A stretch of 52,391 nucleotides of DNA from Candidatus Methanoperedenaceae archaeon HGW-Methanoperedenaceae-1 (GCA_002839545.1 PGYG01000002.1:1-52391); one strand, 5' to 3'; counted from the stretch's first letter, positions 18,309 through 28,634 are shown. Numbers and translations are program-made. The notes: generated by a model from the sequence alone, not told the origin.

Positions 18309-19403
18309 ATGACAAACGCATACGAACTAATAATTAATATTTTGACCGCCCTTGGTGTTTACGACATGATACTTGATATGTTCAAACCTTCCGGGACAGA
18401 GTTTGTTCTGAAACTTATAATCGTGGTTATCGAGCTTGCTGTTCTTTTTGCTTTCGTTCTCGTCACGGTAATGTTCCTGACATGGATGGAGCGGAAAGTT
18501 GTCGCCATGGTACAGTCACGATACGGACCAATGGTCACAGGACCGCGCGGTCTTCTACAGCCTGTCATGGACGGGGTAAAGCTCATCGGGAAAGAGGACA
18601 TTGTTCCTGCAAAAGCTGACAAGTTCGTGTTTAACCTTGCGCCGTACCTGGCATTTGTGCCTGCACTTCTGGTATTCATCCCCCTTCCTTTCGGCGAGTC
18701 GCTTATCATATCTGATTTGCGGGTCGGGCTGCTGTATATAATTGCAATATCAGCACTTACGCCGATTAGCATATTACTTGCAGGATGGGCATCAAACAAC
18801 AAATATACATTGATGGGTGCCATGAGGGCAGTGGCGCAGGATATCAGTTATACCATTCCGCTTGCACTGGCGGCGATTACGGTTGTTATGTTCACCGGTT
18901 CGTTGAGTACCGTGGATATAGTCAGTGCCCAGTCAGGGACATGGTTCGGGATAATCCCGAAATGGTTTATTTTCATCCAGCCCCTTGGATTCCTTCTTTT
19001 CCTTATTGCATCCATTGCAGAAATGGGAAGGATACCTTTTGATTTCCAGGAATCGGAATCAGAACTTGTTGCAGGTTTCTTCACCGAGTACAGCGGCATG
19101 AAATTCGCCATGTACTTCCTTGCTGAATATGCACATTTATTCGCAGTTTCAGGTATCTTGGTTACGATTTTCCTCGGGGGATGGAACGGACCCGTACTTC
19201 CGGGAATACCGGTCGTTATTACATCACTGGTATATTTCCTTCTTAAAACCTATGCCGTGGTGTTCTTTGCCATGTGGCTCCGTGATACGGTACCAAGGAT
19301 GAGGATTGACCAGCTTCTTAATATCGGGTGGAAAATAATGATTCCGCTGGCGCTGCTGAACCTGCTTGTTACAGGTTTCCTTATTACGGCAGGGGTGATC
19401 TGA
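18309..19403 (+). CDS. fpoH: F420H2 dehydrogenase subunit H (NuoH homolog)
   Basis: Multi-TM protein with WMERKVVAMVQSRYGP and the AE..R.PFD motif (IAEMGRIPFDFQESESELV). I chose the ATG at 18309, just after the fpoD stop, over the track start at 18255, which overlaps fpoD by 50 nt. Confidence 0.9.
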   Translation: MTNAYELIINILTALGVYDMILDMFKPSGTEFVLKLIIVVIELAVLFAFVLVTVMFLTWMERKVVAMVQSRYGPMVTGPRGLLQPVMDGVKLIGKEDIVPAKADKFVFNLAPYLAFVPALLVFIPLPFGESLIISDLRVGLLYIIAISALTPISILLAGWASNNKYTLMGAMRAVAQDISYTIPLALAAITVVMFTGSLSTVDIVSAQSGTWFGIIPKWFIFIQPLGFLLFLIASIAEMGRIPFDFQESESELVAGFFTEYSGMKFAMYFLAEYAHLFAVSGILVTIFLGGWNGPVLPGIPVVITSLVYFLLKTYAVVFFAMWLRDTVPRMRIDQLLNIGWKIMIPLALLNLLVTGFLITAGVI

Positions 19404-19404
19404 A

Positions 19405-19821
19405 ATGGCATGGATTACCAGGAACTGGGCAATGCCGGGAATCATCAAGGGTCTTATCGTTACCCTGAAACACGTGTTGCAGATAGGTGACCGTCCTACG
19501 GTGACCGTCCAATACCCGTATGAGCGGATGAAACTGGCACCAAGGTTCAGGGGTCTTCATGCAGTTGACGAGGATGCCTGTATCGGATGCGGGATATGTG
19601 ATACGAACTGCCCAAACAGTTCAATAAAGATTGTAAAACACGGCACAAGATGGTACCCTGAAGTCAATATCGGGATGTGCATGTTCTGCGGATACTGCGT
19701 TGATGTGTGTCCGATGAATGCCATGAAAATGACAGGAAATTATGAACTTGCGGATTATACGAGAGAAAGCCTTGTGTACGGTCCTGATAAGTTGTTGTTC
19801 AAGAGAGAGGTGAAACAGTGA
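19405..19821 (+). CDS. fpoI: F420H2 dehydrogenase subunit I (NuoI homolog, 2x[4Fe-4S])
   Basis: Contains CIGCGICDTNCP and CMFCGYCVDVCP. Confidence 0.92.
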   Translation: MAWITRNWAMPGIIKGLIVTLKHVLQIGDRPTVTVQYPYERMKLAPRFRGLHAVDEDACIGCGICDTNCPNSSIKIVKHGTRWYPEVNIGMCMFCGYCVDVCPMNAMKMTGNYELADYTRESLVYGPDKLLFKREVKQ

Positions 19822-20063
19822 GCGAAGTAGTATTTCTGGTGATTTCGGTTTTAACCGTATTTTTTGCGATGATGGTAGTCAGGGCTGATAACCTTGTCCA
19901 CAGCGCAATTTACCTTGCAGGAGCATTCATAGGCACTGCCGGGCTTTTCCTTCTTCTGAAAGCGGAATTTGTGGCATGGGCACAGGTGCTGGTATATGTC
20001 GGCGCGGTTGTAACCCTGATACTGTTTACTATAATGTTAACAAGGAAGGGGGAGGCAGAATAG
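19818..20063 (+). CDS. fpoJ: F420H2 dehydrogenase subunit J, N-terminal half
   Basis: 81 aa with the NuoJ-like TM1-3 (NLVHSAIYL...AEFVAWAQVLVYVGAV). It ends at TAG 20061-20063. Confidence 0.85.
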   Translation: MSEVVFLVISVLTVFFAMMVVRADNLVHSAIYLAGAFIGTAGLFLLLKAEFVAWAQVLVYVGAVVTLILFTIMLTRKGEAE

Positions 20064-20315
20064 ATGTTTAACAAAATTTTTAATTTACTGATTGCCCTGC
20101 TGTTATTTTCAGTTATGTTCATGGCAATAGATGATAGTTACAGGGTATGGGCAGGAAAAGAAGAAGCAATCCCTGTCAGTATCGAGGAGCTCGCAGGAGG
20201 ACCGGATATCAGGTACGGCATATTCAGTGATTTTATTTTTTCATTTGAGTTACTTTCACTGCTCTTGCTTGCCGCGTTAATCGGCTCACTGTATATAGCG
20301 AAAAAGGAGGCTTGA
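20064..20315 (+). CDS. fpoJ: F420H2 dehydrogenase subunit J, C-terminal half
   Basis: 83 aa. The ATG immediately follows the TAG of the first half and has its own SD-like ggggagg. The C-terminal [14 protein letters not shown] motif is NuoJ-like. Confidence 0.8.
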   Translation: MFNKIFNLLIALLLFSVMFMAIDDSYRVWAGKEEAIPVSIEELAGGPDIRYGIFSDFIFSFELLSLLLLAALIGSLYIAKKEA

Positions 20316-20317
20316 CA

Positions 20318-20617
20318 ATGTCATTATATATGTATCTTTTAGTTGCAGCGATAATCTTTACGATTGGTGCATACGGGGTAATGACACAGAGGAACGGGAT
20401 TAAAATCCTCATGTGCATTGAACTCCTGTTAAATGCATCAAACCTTAACCTCGTGGCATTCTCAAGTTTTAGCGGCAATGCCACAGGACAGGTATTTACC
20501 CTGTTCTCAATTGCAATAGCGGCAGCAGAAGCAGGTATCGGATTTGCCATACTTGTTGCGCTGTTTCGGGTACGGGATACCATCAATCTCGACAACATAA
20601 ATATATTGAGGTGGTAA
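20318..20617 (+). CDS. fpoK: F420H2 dehydrogenase subunit K (NuoK homolog)
   Basis: About 99 aa with 3 TM helices and [16 protein letters not shown] motifs. The ATG at 20318 lies 7 nt after aaggagg; the track lists a TTG at 20312. Confidence 0.9.
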   Translation: MSLYMYLLVAAIIFTIGAYGVMTQRNGIKILMCIELLLNASNLNLVAFSSFSGNATGQVFTLFSIAIAAAEAGIGFAILVALFRVRDTINLDNINILRW

Positions 20618-20618
20618 G

Positions 20619-22574
20619 ATGTTCAGTGATTATGCTGCTTTAATTGTGCTGTTACCTGTACTTGCGTTCGTACTTACGCTTTTCTTTGGCAAGAAATTCC
20701 CATCAGGCGGGGCTGCGCTTCCCATAGCTGCCATTGCAGGGTCGTTTATCATATCATTCGGGATTTTCCTTGAGATATACCCGCACGGGACTGTCCAGCA
20801 GTCGATGCAGTGGTTCTCTACACTGAATTTCGGCATACTGATTGACCCGCTTGCTGTGGTAATGCTGATGATGGTTTCTTTCGTGAGCCTTCTCATCCAT
20901 ATCTATGCAGTCGGGTACATGTCACATGACACTGGAAAACCACGGTATTTTGCAGAAACGTCACTGTTCACAGCAGCAATGCTTGCAGTGGTACTTTCTG
21001 ATAATATCCTCCAGTTCTTCATGGCATGGGAAGTCGTGGGATTGTGTTCCTATCTCCTAATCGGGTTCTGGTTCCATAAGCCCACAGCAGCCGCCGCTGC
21101 CAAGAAGGCTTTCCTTGTAACAAGGGTCGGTGATGTATTATTCCTGGCAGGAATTGTCCTGCTGTATGTGAACATGACCAACATCCTTGCTAACACGGGT
21201 TTCAGTCTTGAACCAGGCAATTTCATGTTGCAGTTCAAGTCTATGTTTGCGGCAATACCTTACATCGCCCCGACACAGCTGACCATTATCACGTTACTGT
21301 TCTTCGGAGGTGCGGTTGGTAAAAGCGGTCAGTTCCCGTTACACGGATGGCTGCCTGATGCAATGGAAGGTCCGACAACGGTATCAGCACTTATTCATGC
21401 CGCCACAATGGTTACGGCTGGTGTTTACCTTGTTGCAAGGACGTTCCCGATGTTTGTTGAAGCACCGAACGCACTGCTTGTAGTTGCATATGTCGGCGGG
21501 TTCACAGCACTTTTTGCAGCGACAATGGGACTTGTGATGAACGACATAAAAAGGGTGCTGGCATATTCCACGGTGAGCCAGCTCGGGTACATGATGCTCG
21601 CACTGGGTACGGCAGGAATGGTTCTTGGCGCAAAAGCAGTCGGGATTTCCATGTTCCACCTGTTAAGCCATGCATTCTTCAAGGCACTGCTTTTCCTGTG
21701 TGCCGGTAGTGTTATCCATGCAGTTGGCACGAATGATCTGCGTGAGATGGGCGGTTTGTTCGGCAAGATGAAAATCACAGCCACAACTATGTTTATTGCA
21801 GCACTTGCCCTTGGCGGATTCGGTATTCCGGGTTTACATATCGGGACGGCAGGGTTTTTCAGCAAGGACGCAATTATTGAAGGTGCATACGAATACGGGC
21901 ACGTTACAGGCGATATGATTCCGTACGTGTTTTCCATTATTGCAGCACTCCTGACGTCCATTTACATTTTCAGGCTGTGGTTCATGGCATTTTCGGGAAA
22001 ACCGCGCCAGGACAGGCATGCACATGAATCCCCGAAAGTCATGACCATACCATTAATAATTCTTGCATTGTTTGCCCTCTTCTTCGGGTTCTCACAAGCG
22101 GGATTTTACGGTTATCTTGAAACCAATTTTGAACTGATGGGCGTGGAAATCGGAGTCCATGAAGGCGAGGCATTGCATCCTTCGACCCTCATACTCTGGC
22201 TCCCTATCATAGTTGGTGTCCTTGGTCTTGTGATATCGTATTTGATATACAACAGGCGGATACTGGATATGAGCAGGATTGTTACCCGAAGGAACCCGGT
22301 TTACCAGATACTCCTGAACAGGTATTATGAGCCCCGTCTTTCATCCTATGTTATCGGTGAGAAACTCACACACGGAGTTGTTGCCATGTCTGGTGAGTTC
22401 TTTGACAGGAAGATAATTGACGGCCTGGTGATTGATAATATCATAAGCAGGACGCTGCTTTCACTTGGTGATGTCATCAAGAAATTGCAGACAGGCGTTG
22501 TTCGGAACTATGCCTCGGTAACACTTCTTGGCGTGGGTTTATTGATAATTTTACTTAGAATAGGAGGTATGTAG
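20619..22574 (+). CDS. fpoL: F420H2 dehydrogenase subunit L (NuoL homolog, antiporter-like)
   Basis: 651 aa with WEVVGLCSYLLIGFW and GKSGQFPLHGWLPDAMEGPT. Confidence 0.93.
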   Translation: MFSDYAALIVLLPVLAFVLTLFFGKKFPSGGAALPIAAIAGSFIISFGIFLEIYPHGTVQQSMQWFSTLNFGILIDPLAVVMLMMVSFVSLLIHIYAVGYMSHDTGKPRYFAETSLFTAAMLAVVLSDNILQFFMAWEVVGLCSYLLIGFWFHKPTAAAAAKKAFLVTRVGDVLFLAGIVLLYVNMTNILANTGFSLEPGNFMLQFKSMFAAIPYIAPTQLTIITLLFFGGAVGKSGQFPLHGWLPDAMEGPTTVSALIHAATMVTAGVYLVARTFPMFVEAPNALLVVAYVGGFTALFAATMGLVMNDIKRVLAYSTVSQLGYMMLALGTAGMVLGAKAVGISMFHLLSHAFFKALLFLCAGSVIHAVGTNDLREMGGLFGKMKITATTMFIAALALGGFGIPGLHIGTAGFFSKDAIIEGAYEYGHVTGDMIPYVFSIIAALLTSIYIFRLWFMAFSGKPRQDRHAHESPKVMTIPLIILALFALFFGFSQAGFYGYLETNFELMGVEIGVHEGEALHPSTLILWLPIIVGVLGLVISYLIYNRRILDMSRIVTRRNPVYQILLNRYYEPRLSSYVIGEKLTHGVVAMSGEFFDRKIIDGLVIDNIISRTLLSLGDVIKKLQTGVVRNYASVTLLGVGLLIILLRIGGM

Positions 22575-24077
22575 ATGGCTTTAATTTCATTGATGATTCT
22601 TGTTCCGTTGCTCGGAGCCATCATTGCGTTTTTAACAAAAACAAGACAGCAGGCGCGGGCAGTAGCCCTCATAGCATCGGTTATCCCGCTTGTGATTTCC
22701 CTGTTTCTTTTCACCTATTTTAACCGCGGAGTTACAGCTATCCAGTTTTATGAAGCATATCCATGGATACAGAGTCTCGGGATATCACTCAGCTTTGGAA
22801 TAGACGGCGTTTCACTGCCGCTTGTGCTTCTTTCGACCATTATTATTCCGCTAACCGTGATATTTGCATGGGGCGAAACAGAACAGGCAAACAAGTTCTA
22901 CGGACTGATACTTCTTGAACTGGTCGGGGTTCTCGGTGTTTTCACTTCCCTTGACTTTTTCGTGTTCTACATCTTCTGGGAAGTTGTCCTGATACCAATG
23001 TATTTCCTGATAAGTATCTGGGGCGGTCCGAGAAAGGATTATGCGGCTATCAAGTTTTTTATATATACGCATGTAGCCAGTCTTGTGATGCTTCTTGCAA
23101 TATTCACCCTCTACTTCAACGCGTTTCAGGTTTCAGGTGTTCTGAACTTTGATATGCAGTACTTACTGAAATCCTATTCCCTGATAGGCTCACCGCTTCT
23201 GAAGGATGTGGTTTTCCTTGGATTGCTGTTCGGTTTCCTTGTAAAAATGCCTGCAGTACCGTTCCATACCTGGCTTCCTGATGCGCATGTTGAAGCGCCA
23301 ACTGCTGGCAGTGTTATACTTGCTGCATTACTGCTCAAGATGGGCGGGTACGGGTTGTTCAGGGTAATTTTGCCAACTCTTCCGTTTACAGCTTCCACTG
23401 GTTTACTGATTACACTTATGGCAGTAATCGGTGTCGTAAGTATCCTGTACGGTACATTCCTTGCGCTGGCTCAGCGCGACCTTAAGAAGATGGTTGCGTA
23501 TTCAAGCATAAGCCACATGGGTTATGTTACACTTGGCGCTGCCGCCCTTGTCCCGCTTTCGATAAGCGGTGCAATGTTCCAGCAGTTCTCCCACGGGCTT
23601 ATAACAGGCGTGCTTTTCATGTCCTGCGGTGTTATACAGCATTCTGCCGGAACAAGAATAATACACGAGCTTGGCGGACTGGCAAAACACATGCCAAAAC
23701 TTGCACTTGTTATGATGGCAGGTTTCATGGCATCACTCGGACTTCCGGGAATGAGCGGGTTTGTTGCAGAATTCCTCGTGCTTGTGAATTCATATTTCAC
23801 TTTGCCGACATTCGTTATCCTGGCACTATTCAGTATTGTGTTCACTGCTGCTTACCACCTGTGGGCAATGCAAAGAGCCATGTTCGGGGCATATAACGAA
23901 AAACTCGGGCATATCCATGACGGTGCAAACTATGAGATATTTGCAATGGGCGTGCTGGTATTATTGGTGATTTACTTCGGGCTTAACCCGGGTTCGGTGC
24001 TTAATATGATGACAGCAAATGCGGAACATTTAGACCGGTTATTAAGGTTTGCCGTGCTCAGGGGTGTGATAACATGA
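22575..24077 (+). CDS. fpoM: F420H2 dehydrogenase subunit M (NuoM homolog)
   Basis: 500 aa with FWEVVLIPMYFLI and VKMPAVPFHTWLPDAHVEAPT. Confidence 0.93.
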   Translation: MALISLMILVPLLGAIIAFLTKTRQQARAVALIASVIPLVISLFLFTYFNRGVTAIQFYEAYPWIQSLGISLSFGIDGVSLPLVLLSTIIIPLTVIFAWGETEQANKFYGLILLELVGVLGVFTSLDFFVFYIFWEVVLIPMYFLISIWGGPRKDYAAIKFFIYTHVASLVMLLAIFTLYFNAFQVSGVLNFDMQYLLKSYSLIGSPLLKDVVFLGLLFGFLVKMPAVPFHTWLPDAHVEAPTAGSVILAALLLKMGGYGLFRVILPTLPFTASTGLLITLMAVIGVVSILYGTFLALAQRDLKKMVAYSSISHMGYVTLGAAALVPLSISGAMFQQFSHGLITGVLFMSCGVIQHSAGTRIIHELGGLAKHMPKLALVMMAGFMASLGLPGMSGFVAEFLVLVNSYFTLPTFVILALFSIVFTAAYHLWAMQRAMFGAYNEKLGHIHDGANYEIFAMGVLVLLVIYFGLNPGSVLNMMTANAEHLDRLLRFAVLRGVIT

Positions 24078-25540
24078 ACGTGATATTACTTGCACCCGAA
24101 ATCTTACTGACATTACTTGGACTGCTGGTTGTCCTTCTCGGACTTGTATCCAAAAACAAGAATTTTATCGGGTACATCAGTGCAGCAGGATTGTTTGCAG
24201 CCCTTATCCTCCTTCTCGGTATAAAAGGTCAGGGCACTTTCTTCTATGAGGCACTGTCGGTTGACCCGTTATCCCAGATATTCAAGATAATATTCGTGGT
24301 CGTGTCGCTTCTGGCAGTGATAGCGTCTATCAGTTATTTCAAGGACAACAGGAACCAGGACGAGTATCATTCCCTGATTCTATTTGCCACGGTCGGGATG
24401 ATGGTGGCGGCTTCTGCCAATGACCTGGTTGCACTGTTTGTCGGGTTTGAGCTTGCAAGTATGGCAACGTATGTGCTTGCAGGTTTTGAGAAAAAGAACC
24501 CCGCATCCCTGGAAGCTGCGTTAAAGTACTTCCTGATAGGCTCTGTTTCATCTGCTTTGATGTTATTCGGTATGTCACTGGTTTACGGTTTAGCTGGTTC
24601 GACCAATATCCCTGTAATTATAGAAGTCTTCCAGGCAAACCCGCTTATGGCAACAAGTTCACTTGGCGTGGTTGCGATGGTATTCCTGATTGCAGGATTT
24701 GGTTTCAAGATGGCACTTGTTCCGTTCCACATGTGGGCACCTGATACTTACGAGGGCGCACCGTCAGTGGTTTCTGCAATGCTTGCAGCAGGTTCCAAGA
24801 AGATGGGATTTGTAGCTGCATTCAAGGTATTGGTGCTGGCTCTTGTGGCTTTGCGCATGGACATGCAGGTGACTTTTGCGGTTCTTGCTGTAATCACCAT
24901 GACCTATGGTAACATTGTGGCAATATCCCAGACAAGTATCAAGAGGATGCTTGCGTATTCTTCTATAGCACAGGCTGGTTATATTGCACTGGCGTTTGTT
25001 GTTACAACGCAGTTATCGATTGCCGGCGGGATACTTCTGGCACTCGGGCATGCACTCATGAAGGGCGGCGCGTTTATTGCAGTGGCTCTTGTGGGACATA
25101 TGGTTTTGTTAGATAACAAGAATGCAAAGAACATTGACCATATTGAGAATTTTGCAGGGCTGGGTAAACGTGCCCCGATTACCGCATTTTCCATTCTGGT
25201 ATTTTTCCTCGCACTTGCGGGAATACCGCCTTCAGCCGGTTTTATCGGGAAGTTCGTGCTGTTCTATTCCATTACAATTGAGGCTGTAAGCCAGGCAAGC
25301 GGCTGGCTGCTGTTGGTTGTGATTATCGCGATACTGAACAGCGCACTGTCTATCTATTATTATGCCCGTGTAATCAGGTACATGTATGTGCTGCCTGCTA
25401 ACGGTGTAAAGATACACGAGCCTGCACCATATGTACTTGCGCTGGTTCTGGCTGTGATTGGAACGATATTGATTGGTGTGTATCCAGAGCCGTTTATCAG
25501 GATGGCACTTGATGCAGCCTCTGTATTAGGAGTGAGATAA
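24074..25540 (+). CDS. fpoN: F420H2 dehydrogenase subunit N (NuoN homolog)
   Basis: 488 aa with FGFKMALVPFHMWAPDTYEGAP. It overlaps fpoM through an ATGA. Confidence 0.93.
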   Translation: MNVILLAPEILLTLLGLLVVLLGLVSKNKNFIGYISAAGLFAALILLLGIKGQGTFFYEALSVDPLSQIFKIIFVVVSLLAVIASISYFKDNRNQDEYHSLILFATVGMMVAASANDLVALFVGFELASMATYVLAGFEKKNPASLEAALKYFLIGSVSSALMLFGMSLVYGLAGSTNIPVIIEVFQANPLMATSSLGVVAMVFLIAGFGFKMALVPFHMWAPDTYEGAPSVVSAMLAAGSKKMGFVAAFKVLVLALVALRMDMQVTFAVLAVITMTYGNIVAISQTSIKRMLAYSSIAQAGYIALAFVVTTQLSIAGGILLALGHALMKGGAFIAVALVGHMVLLDNKNAKNIDHIENFAGLGKRAPITAFSILVFFLALAGIPPSAGFIGKFVLFYSITIEAVSQASGWLLLVVIIAILNSALSIYYYARVIRYMYVLPANGVKIHEPAPYVLALVLAVIGTILIGVYPEPFIRMALDAASVLGVR

Positions 25541-25541
25541 T

Positions 25542-25892
25542 ATGGCAGATTGTGATTTATGCGGTGTTGGAAGACCGACCCTGTGCCCTGTGAAGGTACA
25601 GGACCCGCGTGTAAAAACCCAGTACCCTGCCGGTACATGGAGGAACATTAATGAGGAATGCCTGAACAGCTGTTATGAGGCAAACGTTAGTAAAGTTCCT
25701 TCCGATGCGAAAAAGTGTAACCTGTGCGGTACGAAAAATGAAGCAATGTATAAGGTGGAAGTCAGTGTTCCGACTTTCGAGGAACCGTACTCCCGCGCGG
25801 AAACAAGGGCAATATGCGAGAGCTGTCTGGCAGCGTGTGAGGAATCCTATAATCGCAGGCAGGCTGAAAAGGAAGGAGGGCATAGGCACTGA
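25542..25892 (+). CDS. fpoO: F420H2 dehydrogenase subunit O (Cys-rich, Methanosarcinales-specific)
   Basis: 116 aa. It holds the terminal operon position and has paired CxxC motifs (CDLC, CNLC, CESC..C). The assignment rests on synteny plus size and Cys pattern. Confidence 0.7.
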   Translation: MADCDLCGVGRPTLCPVKVQDPRVKTQYPAGTWRNINEECLNSCYEANVSKVPSDAKKCNLCGTKNEAMYKVEVSVPTFEEPYSRAETRAICESCLAACEESYNRRQAEKEGGHRH

Positions 25893-25931
25893 GAAATATC
25901 TTCTCAGTACCTTTGTTCTATCCTATCCATA

Positions 25932-26147
25932 TCATGCCCGTACTACCATAACGTCTTTTTCTTTTTCAGAAATTTCCCTTGAGATTACGGAAGCCCCGTA
26001 AACCAGGACGTATCCTGCACCTACAACCGGTGGTATTAAAAGCATACCGAGAAGCAGGGTAACGAATACCGTTGAGACCGGAACAGCTAATGTAACAACG
26101 CCCACAGCGGCACCAGCGCCCAGCGCAAGTTTTGTTTTTTTATCCAT
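25932..26147 (-). CDS. Hypothetical small membrane protein (2 TM)
   Basis: 71 aa with a Gly/Ala/Val-rich hydrophobic core. I recognise no family. Confidence 0.4.
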   Translation of the reverse strand: MDKKTKLALGAGAAVGVVTLAVPVSTVFVTLLLGMLLIPPVVGAGYVLVYGASVISREISEKEKDVMVVRA

Positions 26148-26186
26148 CGTTTTTCACCTCCCGTTTTTTGGTTGTTTTTAGTAACA

Positions 26187-26202
26187 TTCGTATATATACG
26201 AA
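26187..26202. promoter_or_regulatory. Perfect 16-bp AT-rich palindrome (ttcgtatatatacgaa) in a promoter region
   Basis: It lies about 40 nt upstream of the 25932-26147 minus-strand start. It could be a TATA element, an operator, or both. Confidence 0.3.
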
Positions 26203-26289
26203 CAAGAAGTATTTATAGTTAATTGGGGCAGACGACTCCTATAGAATACAGATGGATTGAAACGGTAAATAAATCTTGATGGAATAATA

Positions 26290-26574
26290 TTACAATTCAA
26301 ACTCTTCAATAAAACCCGAAATTAATTTGTATTTTTCAAGATATTTGAATCCTTTATCAGTCAACGTCACGAACTTCCTTCCATTATCATCAGTGATTTC
26401 CCTGATTAGTTCCTTTTCTAATAATTCACTGAAGTATTCTGAAAAGCCTTGTGATGAAAGATTTGAATTCCGAAGCAACGGCGTGGGCTTAATAGAATTA
26501 TGATGGTTCCGGATAATATTTAAAATATCGAATATCATCTCCAGACGATCTCGCCTGCGCTTTATTTTGTCCAT
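26290..26574 (-). CDS. Small winged-helix DNA-binding protein (HTH_45-like)
   Basis: 94 aa with MIFDILNII...TPLLRNSNLSSQGFSEYFSELLEKELI...FVTLTDKGFKYL. It overlaps the upstream membrane-protein gene by 13 nt. Confidence 0.6.
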   Translation of the reverse strand: MDKIKRRRDRLEMIFDILNIIRNHHNSIKPTPLLRNSNLSSQGFSEYFSELLEKELIREITDDNGRKFVTLTDKGFKYLEKYKLISGFIEEFEL

Positions 26575-27227
26575 CTGGTCACCTTTACGTAGATTATTCC
26601 AATCACTGCAATAGATATTATCTGGAAAGCAGTTTGTATTTCAAATGGAATAAATCTTCGTGGACCCAAGGCGAGGAGATTAACAATCCAGAACAGGAAA
26701 AATAAAACATATAAAATAAAAATCTGGGAGATCTTTTTTGATCTGCTATAAGCAAATAAAGCCATTATTACTGTAAAAATCAACAAGACTGCCTGTGCTT
26801 CGATCAAGAGATAAGATGATCTTGAAAAAAATGCAATTCCAGATATTATAATGGCAATGACATTAGATACTATCAACATGTGTTTTATCTGGAGTTCCTT
26901 CCAAACCATACTGTAAGTCAATGAAAGAATAGCCATTGTGCTAAAATATCCATTAAAAACCAATGGAAATATCCTGAAAAGATATCTTGAAATTTCAATA
27001 TCAAAGGTCATTCCCATCAACATTACAAAAATAGATATGAACCTGAAAAGAAAGGCTAAACCGAAGAATATGAACGTAATCCTGAAATATTTTATGCCTT
27101 CATACTTTGTAAGACCATATATTTCTCTTGTTTTATAATATATTGAAAAACAAATAAATACAACTATTAATGTGTAGCTAAGTTCCACGAGCATTCTCGT
27201 TGGATCAATTAGATGATATGGGGGCAT
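26562..27227 (-). CDS. Hypothetical polytopic membrane protein (about 6-7 TM)
   Basis: 221 aa, very AT-rich, uniformly hydrophobic. It is co-oriented with and overlaps the wHTH gene. Confidence 0.55.
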   Translation of the reverse strand: MPPYHLIDPTRMLVELSYTLIVVFICFSIYYKTREIYGLTKYEGIKYFRITFIFFGLAFLFRFISIFVMLMGMTFDIEISRYLFRIFPLVFNGYFSTMAILSLTYSMVWKELQIKHMLIVSNVIAIIISGIAFFSRSSYLLIEAQAVLLIFTVIMALFAYSRSKKISQIFILYVLFFLFWIVNLLALGPRRFIPFEIQTAFQIISIAVIGIIYVKVTRWTK

Positions 27228-27343
27228 ATATTATCTCTATTTTTCCTGAACGTTTATAAAAAAAGTGGACTTATAGTGTACATTTGACCTTCTTTTCTCT
27301 TATAAGTGGGTTCTTATAATATAGTGTTTGAGGTGACTCAAAC

Positions 27344-27856
27344 ATGAATAGAAAAAAATTATTTGGTGTGCTGGCTATTGTCATAGTCGTAGCATCCATA
27401 GCAACAGTATCAGCTTACCAGGGAAAATTCCCGGGGATGGATACAGCAGGCAGAGGCGAAATGTTAAATGCTATCCAGGCAAAAGACTTCAATGCCTGGA
27501 AAGACCTGATGTCAGCCCGATTGACAGAAGAAAACTTCAATAAACTTGTGGAAAGACATGCAGCAATGTCTGAAAAGCGAGGTTCAATTTCTTCTGGAAG
27601 AGGGGCTTTCAATGAACAAATAATACAGGCAATAGAAAATGGAGATTATGAAGCCTGGAAAGAAGCAGCAGTGAATACTCCGATGATAACGAAGATCGAT
27701 AATGAGGACAAATTCAACATCCTTGTTCAGCTTCATCAGGCAAAGCAAGATGGAGATTACGCAAAAGTTAAAGAGCTTAGTGAACAGCTTGGCTTACCCG
27801 GCGTATCTGGAAAAAATAAAATGTCAGGATACTCTGGAAGAGGAAGGAGAATTTAA
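27344..27856 (+). CDS. Hypothetical secreted or anchored protein with an internal duplication
   Basis: 170 aa with an N-terminal signal/anchor. It has two related helical units (DFNAWKDLM..ENFNKLVERH and DYEAWKEAA..EDKFNILVQLH) and a basic G/R tail. Confidence 0.5.
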   Translation: MNRKKLFGVLAIVIVVASIATVSAYQGKFPGMDTAGRGEMLNAIQAKDFNAWKDLMSARLTEENFNKLVERHAAMSEKRGSISSGRGAFNEQIIQAIENGDYEAWKEAAVNTPMITKIDNEDKFNILVQLHQAKQDGDYAKVKELSEQLGLPGVSGKNKMSGYSGRGRRI

Positions 27857-27903
27857 TCTCCTTTTCTTCATATTTTTCAGAAAAGATATTTAGCAAGAGG
27901 GAA

Positions 27904-28632
27904 ATGGATAGCCATAAAACAGGAATAAAAGAGAATGATGTACTTATTTGTCTTGAGGACGTCTGGAAGATATATCAAATGGGCGAAGTGGAAGTACCGG
28001 CACTCAAGGGAGTAAGCGTTGAAATAAAAAAAGGGGACTTTGTGGCTATCATGGGCGCATCCGGAAGCGGCAAGTCAACAATGATGAACCTGATAGGCTG
28101 CCTTGACGTTCCATCAAAAGGCAGGATATTCCTCAAATCGCAAGACATCAGCAAATTAAGCGAATCAGACCTGGCATCATTAAGAGGCAACACGATTGGT
28201 TTCATTTTCCAGCAATATAACCTGATCCAGTCAATGTCTGCGCTTGAGAATGTAATGCTTCCACTTGAATTCCAGGAATATAAGGACAGTGATGCAGTAA
28301 AAAGAGCAAAAGAAATATTAGATCTGGTAGGATTGAGCGACAAGCTGCATCATCGTCCAACACAGCTTTCCGGAGGTCAGCAGCAAAGAGTATCTATTGC
28401 AAGAAGCTTAGCCAGCGACCCTGAGATAATCCTTGCGGATGAGCCGACCGGAGCTCTTGACAGCGTTACAGGTAAAGAAGTGTTGAATATGCTTCATAAA
28501 TTGTGGAAAGAGCATGGAAAAACAATCATCATGGTCACTCACGACCTTAACCTGGCAAAATATGCTCATACAACAGTTGAATTAAAAGACGGGGAAATTT
28601 TGAGAATATTTGAAAATAACAAGGTGAATTAG
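27904..28632 (+). CDS. ABC transporter ATP-binding protein (MacB/LolD-type)
   Basis: Walker A GASGSGKST, Q-loop, signature LSGGQQQR, Walker B ILADEPTGALD. Confidence 0.93.
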   Translation: MDSHKTGIKENDVLICLEDVWKIYQMGEVEVPALKGVSVEIKKGDFVAIMGASGSGKSTMMNLIGCLDVPSKGRIFLKSQDISKLSESDLASLRGNTIGFIFQQYNLIQSMSALENVMLPLEFQEYKDSDAVKRAKEILDLVGLSDKLHHRPTQLSGGQQQRVSIARSLASDPEIILADEPTGALDSVTGKEVLNMLHKLWKEHGKTIIMVTHDLNLAKYAHTTVELKDGEILRIFENNKVN

Positions 28633-28634
28633 AA

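Noticed and set aside
25890-25906. A small inverted repeat (tgagaa-atatc-ttctca) at the fpoO stop, considered as a terminator.
   Set aside because: It has only a 6-bp stem and no following T-tract, which is too weak to call.
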